A DNA stretch of 64,000 bases from the human T2T-CHM13v2.0 reference genome, Homo sapiens. Under the pieces are notes generated by a model. That model had not been told where the DNA came from, did no database searches, and worked only from the letters and a program-made list of their open reading frames with translations. The first letter of the stretch is position 1. Each line of letters begins with the position of its first letter. The position numbers and the translations under genes are program-made. Positions 1-14,976 of this stretch are shown one piece after another. The stretch lies in the NCBI RefSeq assembly GCF_009914755.1, contig NC_060940.1; one strand, given 5' to 3'.

Positions 1-712
1 TCGAGTCCATTTGATGATTGTATTCCTTTCCTTTTGATGATTATTCCATTCGTGTCTATTCAAAGATTCCATTCTATTCCATTCAATGATGATTGCATTT
101 GATTCCATTCAATGATTATGGCTATCGATTCCACTCGTTGATTCCATTTGATTCCGTTCGATGATTATTCCGTTAGATTCCATTAGAAGATTCCATTCGA
201 TTTTATTCAATGATTCCAATGGATTCCATTCAATGATGATTCCATTCGACTCCATTCAGTGATTCCATTCGAGTCCTTTTGATGATTCCATTCTTTTCCA
301 TTTGATGATGATTCCATTAGGGTCCATTCAATGATTCCATTCGAGTCCATTCGTTAATGCCTTTCGAGTCCTTTTGATCACTACATTCGAGTCCATTCAA
401 TGATTCTATTCGATTCCATTCCATGATGATTCCATTCGAGTTCATTCGATGATTGCATTCGAGTCCATTTGATGATTCCATATGATTCCCTTCGACAATG
501 ATTCCATTCGTGTCCATTTGATGATTCCATTCATTTCCTATCGATGAAGATTCCATTCAAGTGTATTCGATGATTCCATTCAAATCCATTCGATGATGAT
601 TCCATTCCAGTCCATTCGATCATTCCACTTGATTCCATTTGATGACTATTCCATTCAAATCCATTTGATGATTCCATTCTATTCCATTCGATGTTACCAT
701 TCGAGTATATAC
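1..712 (+). repeat. 3' part of the C-specific segment from the preceding super-repeat
   Basis: Markers TTATGGCTATCG, TTAGGGTCCATTC, GTTAATGCCTTTCG and CGAGTATATACG recur at +16095, +32226 and +52834 (marker ORF 317/16412/32543/53151). Confidence 0.9.
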
Positions 713-3700
713 GATGATTCCACTCGATTCCATTTGATGATTATTCCATTGGAGTCCACTTAGTGAATCCTTTAGATTCTACTCGAAGATGATTCCATTC
801 GAGTCCATTCGATGATACCATTCAATTCCATTCGTTGATGCTTCCATTCAAGTGCATTCGATGATATCATTCGATTCCATTTGATGATAATTCCATTTGA
901 TTCCATGCGATGATTCTATTCGATTCCATTCAATGATAATTCCATTCAATTCAGTGATTCCTCTGGACTCCATTTGATGATGATTCCATTCAATGATTCC
1001 ATTCGATTCTATTCGAAAATGATTCCATTTGAATCCATTTGATGATGATTCCATTGGATTCCATTTGATGATTCCATTCGATTCCATTCGATGATGATTC
1101 CATTCGATTCCTTTTGATGAATCCATTCTATTGTATTCGATGATGATTCCATTCGATTCCATTCGATGATGATTGGATTCGATTCCATTTGATGATTTCA
1201 TTTGATTCCATTCGATAATGATTTCGATCAATTCCATTCGATGATTCCATTCGATTCCATTCGATAATGATTACATCCGAGTCCATTCGATGATTCCATT
1301 TGAGCCCGTTCGATAATTCCATTTGAGTCCAATCAATGATTCCATTCATTTCCATTCAATGATTCCATTCGAGTCCATTTGATCATTCCGGTAGGGTCCG
1401 TTCGATGTTGATTCCATTGGAGTGCATTCGATGATTCCATTCGAGTCCATTTTAGGATTTGATTCGAGTCCTTTCGATGATTCCATTCGATTCCACTCGA
1501 TGATTTCATTCGAGTCCATTCGACACTTCCAATCGATTCCATTTGATGTTTCCATTCGATTCCAATTGATGATTCCATTCAATTCCATTCGATGATGATT
1601 CCGTACGATTCCATTCTGTGATGATTCCATGTGATTGCATTCAATGATGATTCCTTTCGATTGCATTCGATTATGATTCATTTCGTGTTCATTCTATGGT
1701 TCCACAGGTTTCCATTTGATGATGTTTCCATTCGTGTCCATTCCATTATTCCATTCTATTCCATTTGAAGATGATTCCATTCGATTCCATTCATTGGTGA
1801 TTCCACTCAATTCCATTCAATGATTCCATTCCATTTCTTTCAACAATGATTCCATTAGTTTCTATTCGATGATCCACTTGATTCCATTTGACGATGATTC
1901 CATTCGTGTCCATTCGATGATTCCATTTGATTCCATATGATGATGATTCCATTCGATTCCATACGATGATGATTCCATTCGAGTCCATTCAATGGTGATT
2001 CCATTCAATTCCATTCGATGATTCCTTTCGATTCCATTCAATGATGATGGCATTCGATTCCTTTCGATCATTCCCTTTGATTCCATTCAAAGGTGATTTC
2101 ATTCAAGTCCATTCGATAATTGCATTCGATTCCATTCTATGATGATTCCATTCGAGTCCATTTGATGATTCCATTCAATTCAAGTCAATGATGATTCCAT
2201 TCGATTCCACTCGATGATTCCATTGGATTCCATTCGATGATGATTCCATTAAAATCCATTCGATAATTCAATTCAAGTCCATTCGATGATGATTCCAATC
2301 GAATCCATTCAAAGATTCCAGTCAATTCCATTCGATGATGATTCCCTTAGATTCCATTCGATGATTCCACTTGATTCCATTTACGATGATTCCATTCGAT
2401 TCCATGTGATGAATCCATTCAATTCTATTCAATGATGTTTCCACTTGATTCCATTCGAACATGATTGCCTTTGATTCCATTCAATGATTCCATACGGTTC
2501 CATTTGATGATGATTCCATTCGAGTGCATTAGATGATTCCATTCGAGTCCATTCGATGATTCCATTCGATTCCATTCGATGTTGATTCTGTTCAAATCCA
2601 TTTGATGATTCCACTCGATTCCATTCGATGACTCCAGTTGATCCCATTCGATGATTTCCTTTGATTCCCTTTGATGATCATTCCATTTGATTCAATTCGG
2701 TGATTTCATTTGATTCCATTCAGTGATGTTTCCATTCAACTCCTTTCGATGATGATTCCATTCGACTCCATTCGATTATGATTTCATTCAATTCCATTCG
2801 ATAATGATTCCATTCAAGTCCATTCGATGATTCCATTCGATTCCATTCAACGATGATTTGATTTGTGTCCATTCGATGATTCCATTCGATTCCATTTGAT
2901 GATGATTCCATTCGAGTCCCTTTGATGATTCCATTCAATTCCATTCTCCGATGATTTCTTTTGAGCCCATTCAATGCTTCCACTCGATTCCATATGATGA
3001 TGACTCCATTTGATGAAATTCCATGATGATTCCATTTGCTTGCATTCGATGATGATTCCACTTGAGTCCGTTAGAAGATTCTATTCAATTACATTCCATG
3101 ACGATTCTGTTCGAGTCCATTTGATGATTCCATTAGACTCCATTCGACGATGATTCCATTCGATGTTATTCGATGATGATTCCATTCAACTCCATTCGAT
3201 GTTTCCATTCGAGTTCATTCTATTATTCCATTAGATTCCATTCGATGATGATTCCATTCGATTCCATTTGATGATTGCATTCTATTTCATTTGATGATGA
3301 TTCCATTCGAGTCCATTCGATGATTCCATTCGAGTCCATTTAATGAATCCATTGGTTTCAATTCTATGATGATTACATTGGATTCCATTCGTTGATGATT
3401 TCATTCGATTCCATTCAATGATGATTCCATTCAATTCCATTCAATGATTCCACTCAATTCCATACGATGATGATTCCATTTGATTTGATTCGACAGTGAG
3501 CCATTCGATTCAATTCCATGATGACTCTATTTGATTCAATTGGTTGACATTTCCATTCGATTCCATTCGATGATGATTCCATTTGATTCCATTCAAAGAT
3601 GATTCCATTCTAGGCCATTCAATCATTCCATTCGATTCTATTCAATGATGATTCCATTCATGTCGATTTGGTGATTCCATTTGACTTCATTTGATGATGA

Positions 3701-6191
3701 TTCCTTTCAAGTTCATTAGATGATTCCATTCGATTCCATTTGATAATGATCCCATTCGAGTCTATTCAGTGATTCCACTCGTTTCCATTCCATGATGATT
3801 CCATTCCATTCCATTCAATGATTCCATTCGATTCCGTTTGATGATGATTTCATTCGAGTCCATTTGATGATTCCATTTGATTCCATTTGATGATGATTAC
3901 CTTCGAGTCCATACGATGATTCCACTCAATTCCATATGATGATGATTCCATTCGATTCCATTCGATGATTCCAGTCTATTCTATTCAATGGTGATTCCAT
4001 TCGAGTACATTAGATGATTCCATTCGATTCCATTCAATGATGATTCTATTTGTGTCCCTTAGATGGTTCCACATGATTCCATTTCATGATGATACTATTT
4101 GAGCCCATCCAATGATTCCCTTCGATTCCATTCGATGAGGATTCCATTCGATTCATTTCATTGGTGATTCTATTCAATTCAATTCTTTGATTCCATTCCA
4201 TTCCATTCGACAATGATTCCATTCGATTTCTTTCGATGATTCCACTCGATTCCACTTGACATTGATTCCATTCGATTCCATTCAATGATTCCGTTTGATT
4301 CCAGTGGATGATGATTGCCATCGATTCCATTCGATCACTCCATTCTATTCCATTTGATGATGATTACATTCGATTCCATTTGATGATTCCATCTGATTCT
4401 ATTCGAGGATTCCATTTGATTCCATTCGATGATGATTCCATTCGAGTGCATTCGATGATTTCATTCGAGTACATCCAATGATTCCATTCGAGTCCATTTG
4501 ATGATTCCATTTGATTCCATTTGATTATGATTCTACTAGAGTCCATTCAATGACTCCATTCGAATCCATTCAACAATTCCATTCGAGGCCATTCGATGAT
4601 TCCATTTCATGATTCCATTCGAGTCCATTTAATCATTACAGTCGAGTCCATTTGGTGATTCCACTGGATTTCTTTTGATAATGATACCATTCAATTACAT
4701 TTGATGATGATCCCATTCAATTTCATTTGATGGTGATTCCATTAGAGTCCATTCGATGATTTCATTCGAGTCCCTTCATTGATTCCATCCGATTTCATTG
4801 GATGATGACTCCATTCGAGTCCATTCGACGATTCCACTCGATTCCATTAGATGATTCCATTGGAGTCCATTTGATTGTTCCATTCGATTCTATTCGATTC
4901 CTTTCGAAGATTATTCCGTTTGAGTCCATTCGATGATGATTCCATTCCATTCCATTCGATGATTCCGTTTGATTCCATTCGATGATTCCCTTCGATTCCT
5001 TTCTTTGATGATTCCATTCCATTCCATTCAATGATTCCATTCGAATCTATTCCATGATGATTCCTTTCGATTCCATTCGCTGATGTTTCCGTTCAATTCC
5101 ATTCGATGATGATTCCATTCGATTCCATTCATTGAGGATTCCATTTGATTCCATTCAATGATGATTCCATTCTATTCCATTCAATGATTGCATTCAATTC
5201 CATTCAATGATTATCCCCTTAGAGTAAACTCAACGATTCCATTCAATACCATTCGATGATGATTCCTTTTGAGTCCATTCAATGATTTCATTCAAGTCCA
5301 TTTGATGATTCCTTTCAATTCCATTCTATGATGATTCCATTCGAGTCCATTCGATGATTCCATTCGATTGCATTCGATTATTCCATCATATTCCAGTCAA
5401 CGATGATTCCATTCGAGTCCATTCGATGATTCCATTAGAGTACATTTAATGATTGCTTTGTTTTCAATTCGAAGATGATTACATTGGATTCCATTCTATG
5501 ATACCATTCGATTCCATTCAATGATGATTCCACTCAAATCCATTGGATGATTCCATTCGTGTCCATTCGGTGATTTCATTAGATTCCATTCGAGGATGAT
5601 TCCATTCGATTCCATTCGATGATTCCATTCAATTCCATTTGATGATGATTCCATTCCAGTCCATATGATCATTCCATTTGATTTCATTCGATGATGATTC
5701 CATTCGATTCCATTCGATGATTCCATTCTATTCCATTCGATGATGATTCCATTCGAGTCCATTCGATGATTCCATTCGAGTCCATTTAATGATTCCATTG
5801 GGTTCAATTCAATGATGATTACATTGGATTCCGTTCTATGATTCCATTCAATTCCGTTCATTGACAATTTGATTCCATTCGATGATGATTCCATTTGAGT
5901 TCATTCGATGATTCTATTCGATTCTCTTCGATGGTGATTCAATTCTATTATATTGGATGATTCCATTCGATTCCATTTGATGTTGATTCAATTCGATTCT
6001 ATTCGATGATGATTCCATTGGATTTCACTTGATGATTCTATTCGATTCCATTCAATGATGATTCACTTCTCGTCCATTGGATGATTCCATTTCATTCCAT
6101 TCGATGATGATTCCATTCGATTCCATTCGATGACTCCATTTGATTCCATGCGTCGGTGAGCAATTCGATTCAATTCCATGATGATTCTATT

Positions 6192-6202
6192 TGATTCAAT
6201 TA
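6192..6202 (-). promoter_or_regulatory. Candidate DUX4-type double-homeodomain site TAATTGAATCA (representative of 11 copies)
   Basis: + strand TGATTCAATTA is the reverse complement of TAATTGAATCA, which matches the TAAYYBAATCA consensus. Other copies start at 12304, 22274, 28435, 37768, 40023, 42278, 44533, 46788, 49043 and 60276. Binding is not demonstrable from sequence. Confidence 0.35.
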
Positions 6203-9200
6203 GATGATGTTTCCATTCGAATCCATTCCATGATTATTCCATTGGAATCCATTCGGCGATGATTCCATATGAGTCAATTCAATGATGATTCCATATGTGT
6301 CCGTTCGATGATAATTCCATTTGATTTCATTCGGTGCTTCTATTCAATTCCAGTCGATGATGATTCCGTTGGAGTCCATACGATGATTCCATTTGATTTC
6401 ATTTGATGATGATTCCATTCGATGATGATTACATTGGATTCCATTCTATGATTCCATTCAATTCCATTCGTTGATGATTCGATTCCATTCAATGATGATT
6501 CCATTTGAGTTCATTCGATGATTCTATTCGATTCCGTTCGATGGTGATTCAATTCTCTTATATTGGATGAATCCACTCGATTCCATTTGATGATTATTCC
6601 ATTGGAGTCCACTTAGTGAATCCTTCAGATTCTACTCGAAGATGATTCCATTCAAGTCCATTCGATGATACCATTCAATTCCATTCGTTGATGCTTCCAT
6701 TCAAGTGCATTCGATGATATCATTCGATTCCATTTGATGATAATTCCATTTGATTCCATGCGATGATTCTATTCGATTCCATTCAATGATAATTCCATTC
6801 AGTTCAGTGATTCCTCTGGACTCCATTTGATGATGATTCCATTCAATGATTCCATTCGATTCTATTCGAAAATGATTCCATTTGAATCCATTTGATGATG
6901 ATTCCATTAGATTCCATTTGATGATTCCATTCGATTCCATGCGACGATGATTCCATTCGATTCCATGTGATGATTCCATTCTATTCTATTCGATGATGAT
7001 TCCATTCGATTCCATTCGATGATGATTGGATTCGATTCCATTTGATGTTTTCATTTGATTCCATTCGTTAATGATTTCGATCAATTCCATTCGATGATTC
7101 CATTCGATTCCATTCGATAATGATTACATCCGTGTCCATTCAGTGATTCCATTTGAGCCTGTTCGATAATTCCATTTGAGTCCAACCAATGATTCCATTC
7201 ATTTCCATTCAATGATTCCATTCGAGTCCATTTGATCATTCCGGTAGGGTCCATTCGATGTTGATTCCATTGGAGTGCATTCGATGATTCCATTCGAGTC
7301 CATTTTAGGATTTGATTCGAGTCCTTTCGATGATTCCATTCGATTCCACTCGATGATGATTTCATTCGAGTCCATTCGACACTTCCAATCGATTCCATTT
7401 GATGTTTCCATTCGAGTCCAATTGATGATTCCATTCAATTCCATTCGATGATGATTCCGTACGATTCCATTCTGTGATGATTCCATGTGATTGCATTCAA
7501 TGATGATTCCTTTAGATTGCATTCGATTGTGATTCATTTCGTCTTCATTCTATGGTTCCACAGGTTTCCATTCGTGTCCATTCCATTATTCCATTCTATT
7601 CCGTTTGATGATGATTCCATTCGATTCCATTCATTGGTGATTCCACTCAATTCCATTCAATGATTCCATTCCATTTCTTTCAACAATGATTCCATTAGTT
7701 TCTAATCGATGATCCACTTGATTCCATTTGACGACGATTCCATTCTTGTCCATTCGATGATTCCATTTGATTCCATATGATGATGATTCCATTCGATTCC
7801 ATACGATGATGATTCCATTCGAGTCCATTCAATGGTGATTCCATTCAATTCCATTCGATGATTCCTTTCGATTCCATTCGATGATGATGGCATTCGATTC
7901 CTTTCAATCATTCCCTTTGATTCCATTCAAAGGTGATTTCATTCAAGTCCATTCGATAATTGCATTCGATTCCATTCTATGATGATTCCATTCGAGTCCA
8001 TTTGATGATTCCATTCAATTCAAGTCAATGATGATTCCATTCGATTCCATTCGATGATTCCATTGGATTCCATTCGATGATGATTCCATTCAAATCCATT
8101 CGATAATTCAATTCAAGTCCATTCGATGATGATTAAAATCGAATCCATTCAAAGATTCCATTCAGTTCCATTCGATGATTCCCTTAGATTCCATTCGATG
8201 ATTCCACTTGATTCCATTTACGATGATTCCATTCGATTCCATGTGATGATTCCATTCAATTCTATTCAATGCTGTTTCCATTTGATTCCATTCGACCATG
8301 ATTGCCTTTGATTCCATTCAATGACTCCATTCGGTTCCTTTTGATGATGATTCCGTTCGATTCCATTTCATTATTCCATTTGATTCCATTGGATGAGTCC
8401 ATTCGATTACATTCGATGATTATTCCATTCGAGTGCATTAGATGATTCCATTCGAGTCCATTCGATGATTCCATTCGATTCCATTCGATGTTGATTCTGT
8501 TCAAATCCATTCGATGATTCCACTCGATTCCATTCGATGACTCCAGTTGATCCCATTCGATGATTTCCTTTGATTCCCTTTGATGATCATTCCATTTGAT
8601 TCAATTCGGTGATTTCATTTGATTCCATTCAGTGATGTTTCCATTCGACTCCATTCGATGATGATTCCATTCGACTCCATTCGATTATGATTTCATTCAA
8701 TTCCATTCGATAATGATTCCCTTCGAGTCCATTCGATGATTCCATTCGATTCCATTCAACGATGATTTGATTCGTGTCCATTCGATGATTCCATTTGATT
8801 CCACTTGATGATGATTCCATTCGAGTCCATTTGATGATTCCATTCAATTCCATTCTCCGATGATTTCTTTTGAGCCCATTCAATGCTTCCACTCGATTCC
8901 ATATGATGATGACTCCATTCGATGAAATTCGATGATGATTCCCTTCGCTTGCATTCGATGATGATTCCACTTGAGTCCATTAGAAGATTCTATTCAATTA
9001 CATTCCATGACGATTCCGTTCGAGTCCATTTGATGATTCCATTAGACTCCATTCGACGATGATTCCATTCGATGTTATTCGATGATTCCATTCGATCTCA
9101 TTCGATGATGATTCCATTCAACTCCATTCGATGTTTCCATTCGAGTTCATTCTATTATTCCATTAGATTCCATTCGATGATGATTCCATTCGATTCCATT

Positions 9201-12200
9201 TGATGATTGCATTCTATTTCATTTGATGATGATTCCATTCGAGTCCACTCGATGATTCCATTCGAGTCCATTTCATGAATCCATTGGTTTCAATTCTATG
9301 ATGATTACATTGGATTCCATTCGTTGATGATTTCATTCGGTTCCATTCAATGATGATTCCATTCAATTCCTTTCAATGTTTCCATTCAATTCCATACGAT
9401 GATGATTCCATTTGATTTGATTCGACAGTGAGCCATTCGATTCAATTCCATGATGATTCTATTTGATTCAATTGGTTGACATTTCCATTCGATTCCATTC
9501 GATGATGATTCCCTTTGATTCCGTTCAAAGATGATTCCATTCTAGCCCATTCAATCATTCCATTCGATTCTATTCAATGATGATTCCATTCATGTCGATT
9601 TGGTGATTCCATTTGACTTCATTTGATGATGATTCCTTTCAAGTTCATTAGATGATTCCATTCGATTCCATTTGATGATGATCCCATTCGAGTCCATTCA
9701 GTGATTCCACTCGTTTCCATTCCATGATGATTCCATTCCATTCCATTCAATGATTCCATTCGATTCCGTTTGATGATGATTTCATTCGAGTCCATTTGAT
9801 GATTCCATTTGATTCCATTCGATGATGATTCCATTCGAGTCCATTCGATGATTCTATTCGAATCCATTTGATGATTTCTTTTGATTATAGTTGGTGATGA
9901 TTCCATTGGAGTCCATTCAATGATTCCATTCGATTCCAATCGATGGTGATTCCATTAGAGTCCATTTAATGATTCCATTTGATTCCAGTCTCTGATGATT
10001 ACATTCGAGTCCATACGATGATTCCACTCAATTCCATATGATGATGATTCCATTCGATTCCATTCGATGATTCCATTCTATTCTATTCAATGGTGATTCC
10101 ATTCGAGTACATTAGATGATTCCATTCGATTCCATTCAATGATGATTCTATTTGTGTCCCTTAGATGATTCCACATGATTCCATTAGATGATGATACTAT
10201 TTGAGCCCATCCAATGATTCCCTTCGATATCATTCGATGAGGATTCCATTCGATTCAATTCATTGGTGATTCTATTCAATTCAATTCTTTGATTCCATTC
10301 CATTCCATTCGACAATGATTCCATTCGATTTCTTTCGATGATTCCACTCGATTCCACTTGACATTGATTCCCTTCGATTCCATTCAATGATTCCATTTGA
10401 TTCCAGTGGATGATGATTGCCATCGATTCCATTCGATCACTCCATTCTATTCCATTTGATGATGATTACATTCGATTCCATTTGACGATTCCATCTGATT
10501 CTATTCGAGGATTCCATTTGATTCCATTCGATGATGATTCCATTCGAGTCCATTCGATGATTTCATTCGAGTACATCCAATGATTCCATTCGAGTCCATT
10601 TGATGATTCCATTTGATTCCATTTGATAATGATTCTACTAGAGTCCATTCAATGACTCCATTCGAGTCCATTCAACAATTCCATTCGACTCCATTTGATG
10701 ATTCCATTCGATTCCATTTGATGATTCCATTCGAGTCCATTTAATCATTACAGACGAGTCCATTTGGTGATTCCACCGGATTTCTTTTGATAATGATACC
10801 ATACAATTACATTTGATGATGATCCCATTCAATTTCATTTGATGATGATTCCATTAGAGTCCATTCGATGATTTCATTCGAGTCCCTTCACTGATTCCAT
10901 CCGATTTCATTGGATGATGACTCCATTCGAGTCCATTCGATGATTCCACTCGATTCCATTAGATGATTCCATTGGAGTCCATTTGATTGTTCCATTCGAT
11001 TCCATTCGATTCCTTTCGAAGATTATTCCATTTGAGTCCATTCGATGATGATTCCATTCCATTCCATTCGATGATTCCGTTTGATTCCATTCGATGATTC
11101 CCTTCGATTCCTTTCTTTGATGATTCCATTCCATTCCATTCAATGATTCCATTCGAATCTATTCCATGATGATTCCTTTCGATTCCATTCGCTGATGTTT
11201 CCGTTCAATTCCATTCGATGATGATTCCATTCGATTCCATTCATTGAGGATTCCATTTGATTCCATTCAATGATGATTCCGTTCTATTCCATTCAATGAT
11301 TGCATTCAATTCCATTCAATGATTATCCCCTTAGAGTAAACTCAACGATTCCATTCAATACCATTCGATGATGATTCCTTTTGAGTCCATTCAATGATTT
11401 CATTCAAGTCCATTTGATGATTCCTTTCAATTCCATTCTATGATGATTCCATTCGAGTCCATTCGATGATTCCATTCGATTGCATTCGATGATTCCATTA
11501 TATTCCATTCAACGATGATTCCATTCGAGTCCATTCGATGATTCCATTAGAGTACATTTAATGATTGCTTTGTTTTCAATTCGAAGATGATTACATTGGA
11601 TTCCATTCTATGATACCATTCGATTCCATTCAATGATGATTCCACTCAAATCCATTGGATGATTCCATTCGTGTCCATTCGGTGATTTCATTAGATTCCA
11701 TTCGAGGATGATTCCATTCGATTCCATTCGATGATTCCATTCAATTCCATTCGATGATGATTCCATTCCAGTCCATATGATCATTCCATTTGATTTCATT
11801 CGATGATGATTCCATTCGATTCCATTCGATGATTCCATTCTATTCCATTCGATGATGATTCCATTCGAGTCCATTCGATGATTCCATTCGAGTCCATTTA
11901 ATGATTCCATTGGGTTCAATTCAATGATGATTACATTGGATTCCGTTCTATGATTCCATTCAATTCCGTTCATTGACAATTTGATTCCATTCGATGATGA
12001 TTCCATTTGAGTTCATTCGATGATTCTATTCGATTCTCTTCGATGGTGATTCAATTCTATTATATTGGATGATTCCATTCGATTCCATTTGATGTTGATT
12101 CAATTCGATTCTATTCGATGATGATTCCATTGGATTTCACTTGATGATTCTATTCGATTCCATTCAATGATGATTCACTTCTCGTCCATTGGATGATTCC

Positions 12201-14976
12201 ATTTCATTCCATTCGATGATGATTCCATTCGATTCCATTCGATGATTCCATTTGATTCCATGCGACGGTGAGCAATTCGATTCAATTCCATGATGATTCT
12301 ATTTGATTCAATTAGATGATGTTTCCATTCGAATCCATTCCATGATTATTCCATTGGAATCCATTCGGCGATGATTCCATATGAGTCAATTCAATGATGA
12401 TTCCATATGGGTCCGTTCGATGATAATTCCATTTGATTTCATTCGGTGCTTCTATTCAATTCCAGTCGATGATGATTCCGTTGGAGTCCATACGATGATT
12501 CCATTTGATTTCATTTGATGATGATTCCATTCGATGATGATTACATTGGATTCCATTCTATGATTCCATTCAATTCCATTCGTTGATGATTCGATTCCAT
12601 TCAATGATGATTCCATTTGAGTTCATTCGATGATTCTATTCGATTCCGTTCGATGGTGATTCAATTCTCTTATATTGGATGATTCCACTCGATTCCATTT
12701 GATGATTATTCCATTGGAGTCCACTTAGTGAATCCTTTAGATTCTACTCGAAGATGATTCCATTCGAGTCCATTCGATGATACCATTCAATTCCATTCGT
12801 TGATGCTTCCATTCAAGTGCATTCGATGATATCATTCGATTCCATTTGATGATAATTCCATTTGATTCCATGCGATGATTCTATTCGATTCCATTCAATG
12901 ATAATTCCATTCAATTCAGTGATTCCTCTGGACTCCATTTGATGATGATTCCATTCAATGATTCCATTCGATTCTATTCGAAAATGATTCCATTTGAATC
13001 CATTTGATGATGATTCCATTAGATTCCATTTGATGATTCCATTCGATTCCATTTGACGATGATTCCATTCGATTCCATTTGATGATTCCATTCTATTCTA
13101 TTCGATGATGATTCCATTCGATTCCATTTGATGATGATTGGATTCGATTCCATTTGATGATTTCATTTGATTCCATTCGTTAATGATTTCGATCAACTCC
13201 ATTCGATGATTCCATTTGATTCCATTCGATAATGATTACATCCGAGTCCATTCGATGATTCCATTTGAGCCCGTTCGATAATTCCATTTGAGTCCAATCA
13301 ATGATTCCATTCATTTCCATTCAATGATTCCATTCGAGTCCATTTGATCATTCTGGTAGGGTCCGTTCGATGTTGATTCCATTGGAGTGCATTCGATGAT
13401 TCCATTCGAGTCCATTTTATGATTTGATTCGAGTCCTTTCGATGATTCCATTCGATTCCACTCGATGATGATTTCATTCGAGTCCATTCGACACTTCCAA
13501 TCGATTCCATTTGATGATTCCATTCGAGTCCAATTGATGATTCCATTCAATTCCATTCGATGATGATTCCGTACGATTCCATTCTGTGATGATTCCATGT
13601 GATTGCATTCAATGATGATTCCTTTCGACTGCATTCGATTATGATTCATTTCGTGTTCATTCTATGGTTCCACAGGTTTCCATTCGATGACGTTTCCGTT
13701 CGTGTCCATTCCATTATTCCATTCTATTTCATTTGATGATGATTCCATTCGATTCCATTCATTGGTGATTCCACTCAATTCCATTCAATGATTCCATTCC
13801 ATTTCTTTCAACAATGATTCCCTTAGTTTCTATTCGATGATCCACTTGATTCCATTTGGCGATGATTCCATTCGTGTCCATTCGATGATTCCATTTGATT
13901 CCATATGATGATGATTCCATTCGATTCCATATCATGATGATTCCATTCGACTCCATTCAATGGTGATTCCATTCAATTCCATTCGATGATTCCTTCCGAT
14001 TCCATTCGATGATGATGGCATTCGATTCCTTTCAATCATTCCCTTTGATTCCATTCAAAGGTGATTTCATTCAAGTCCATTCGATAATTGCATTCGATTC
14101 CATTCTATGATGATTCCATTCGAGTCCATTTGATGATTCCATTCAATTCAAGTCAATGATGATTCCATTCGATTCCACTCGATGATTCCATTGGATTCCA
14201 TTCGATGATGATTCCATTCAAATCCATTCGATAATTCAATTCAAGTCCATTCGATGATGATTCCAATCGAATCCATTCAAAGATTCCATTCAATTCCATT
14301 CGATGATGATTCCCTTAGATTCCATTCGATGATTCCACTTGATTCCATTTACGATGATTCCATTCGATTCCATGTGATGAATCCATTCAATTCTATTCAA
14401 TGATGTTTCCATTTGATTCCATTGGACCATGATTGCCTTTGATTCCATTCAATGATTCCATTCGGTTCCATTTGATGATGATTCCGTTCTATTCCATTTC
14501 ATTATTCCATTTGATTCCATTGGATGAGTCCATTCGATTACATTCGATGATTATTCCATTCGAGTGCATTAGATGATTGCATTCGAGTCCATTCGATGAT
14601 TCCATTCGATTCCATTCGATGTTGATTCTGTTCAAATCCATTCGATGATTCCACTCGATTCCATTCGATGACTCCATTTGATCCCATTCGATGATTTCCT
14701 GTGATTCCCTTTGATGATCATTCTATTTGATTCAATTCGGTGATTTCATTTCATTCCATTCAGTGATGTTTCCATTCGACTGTATTCGATGATGATTCCA
14801 TTCGACTCCATTCGATTATGATTTCATTCAATTCCATTCAATAATGATTCCCTTCGAGTCCATTCGATGATTCCATTCGATTCCATTCAACGATGATTTG
14901 ATTCGTTTCCATTCGATGATTCCATTTGATTCCACTTGATGATGATTCCATTCGAGTCCATTTGATGATTCCATTC

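Noticed and set aside
701-713. Short palindrome GTATATAC and AT-rich TATTTATGTATTATA (~14982) as TATA-like or hairpin elements
   Set aside because: Both are too short and can be derived from satellite by point mutation; there is no supporting promoter context.
8126-8311. Plus-strand 61-aa ORF repeated at 24208 and 62210
   Set aside because: It is a chance open frame in B monomers, and its recurrence simply reflects the repeat.
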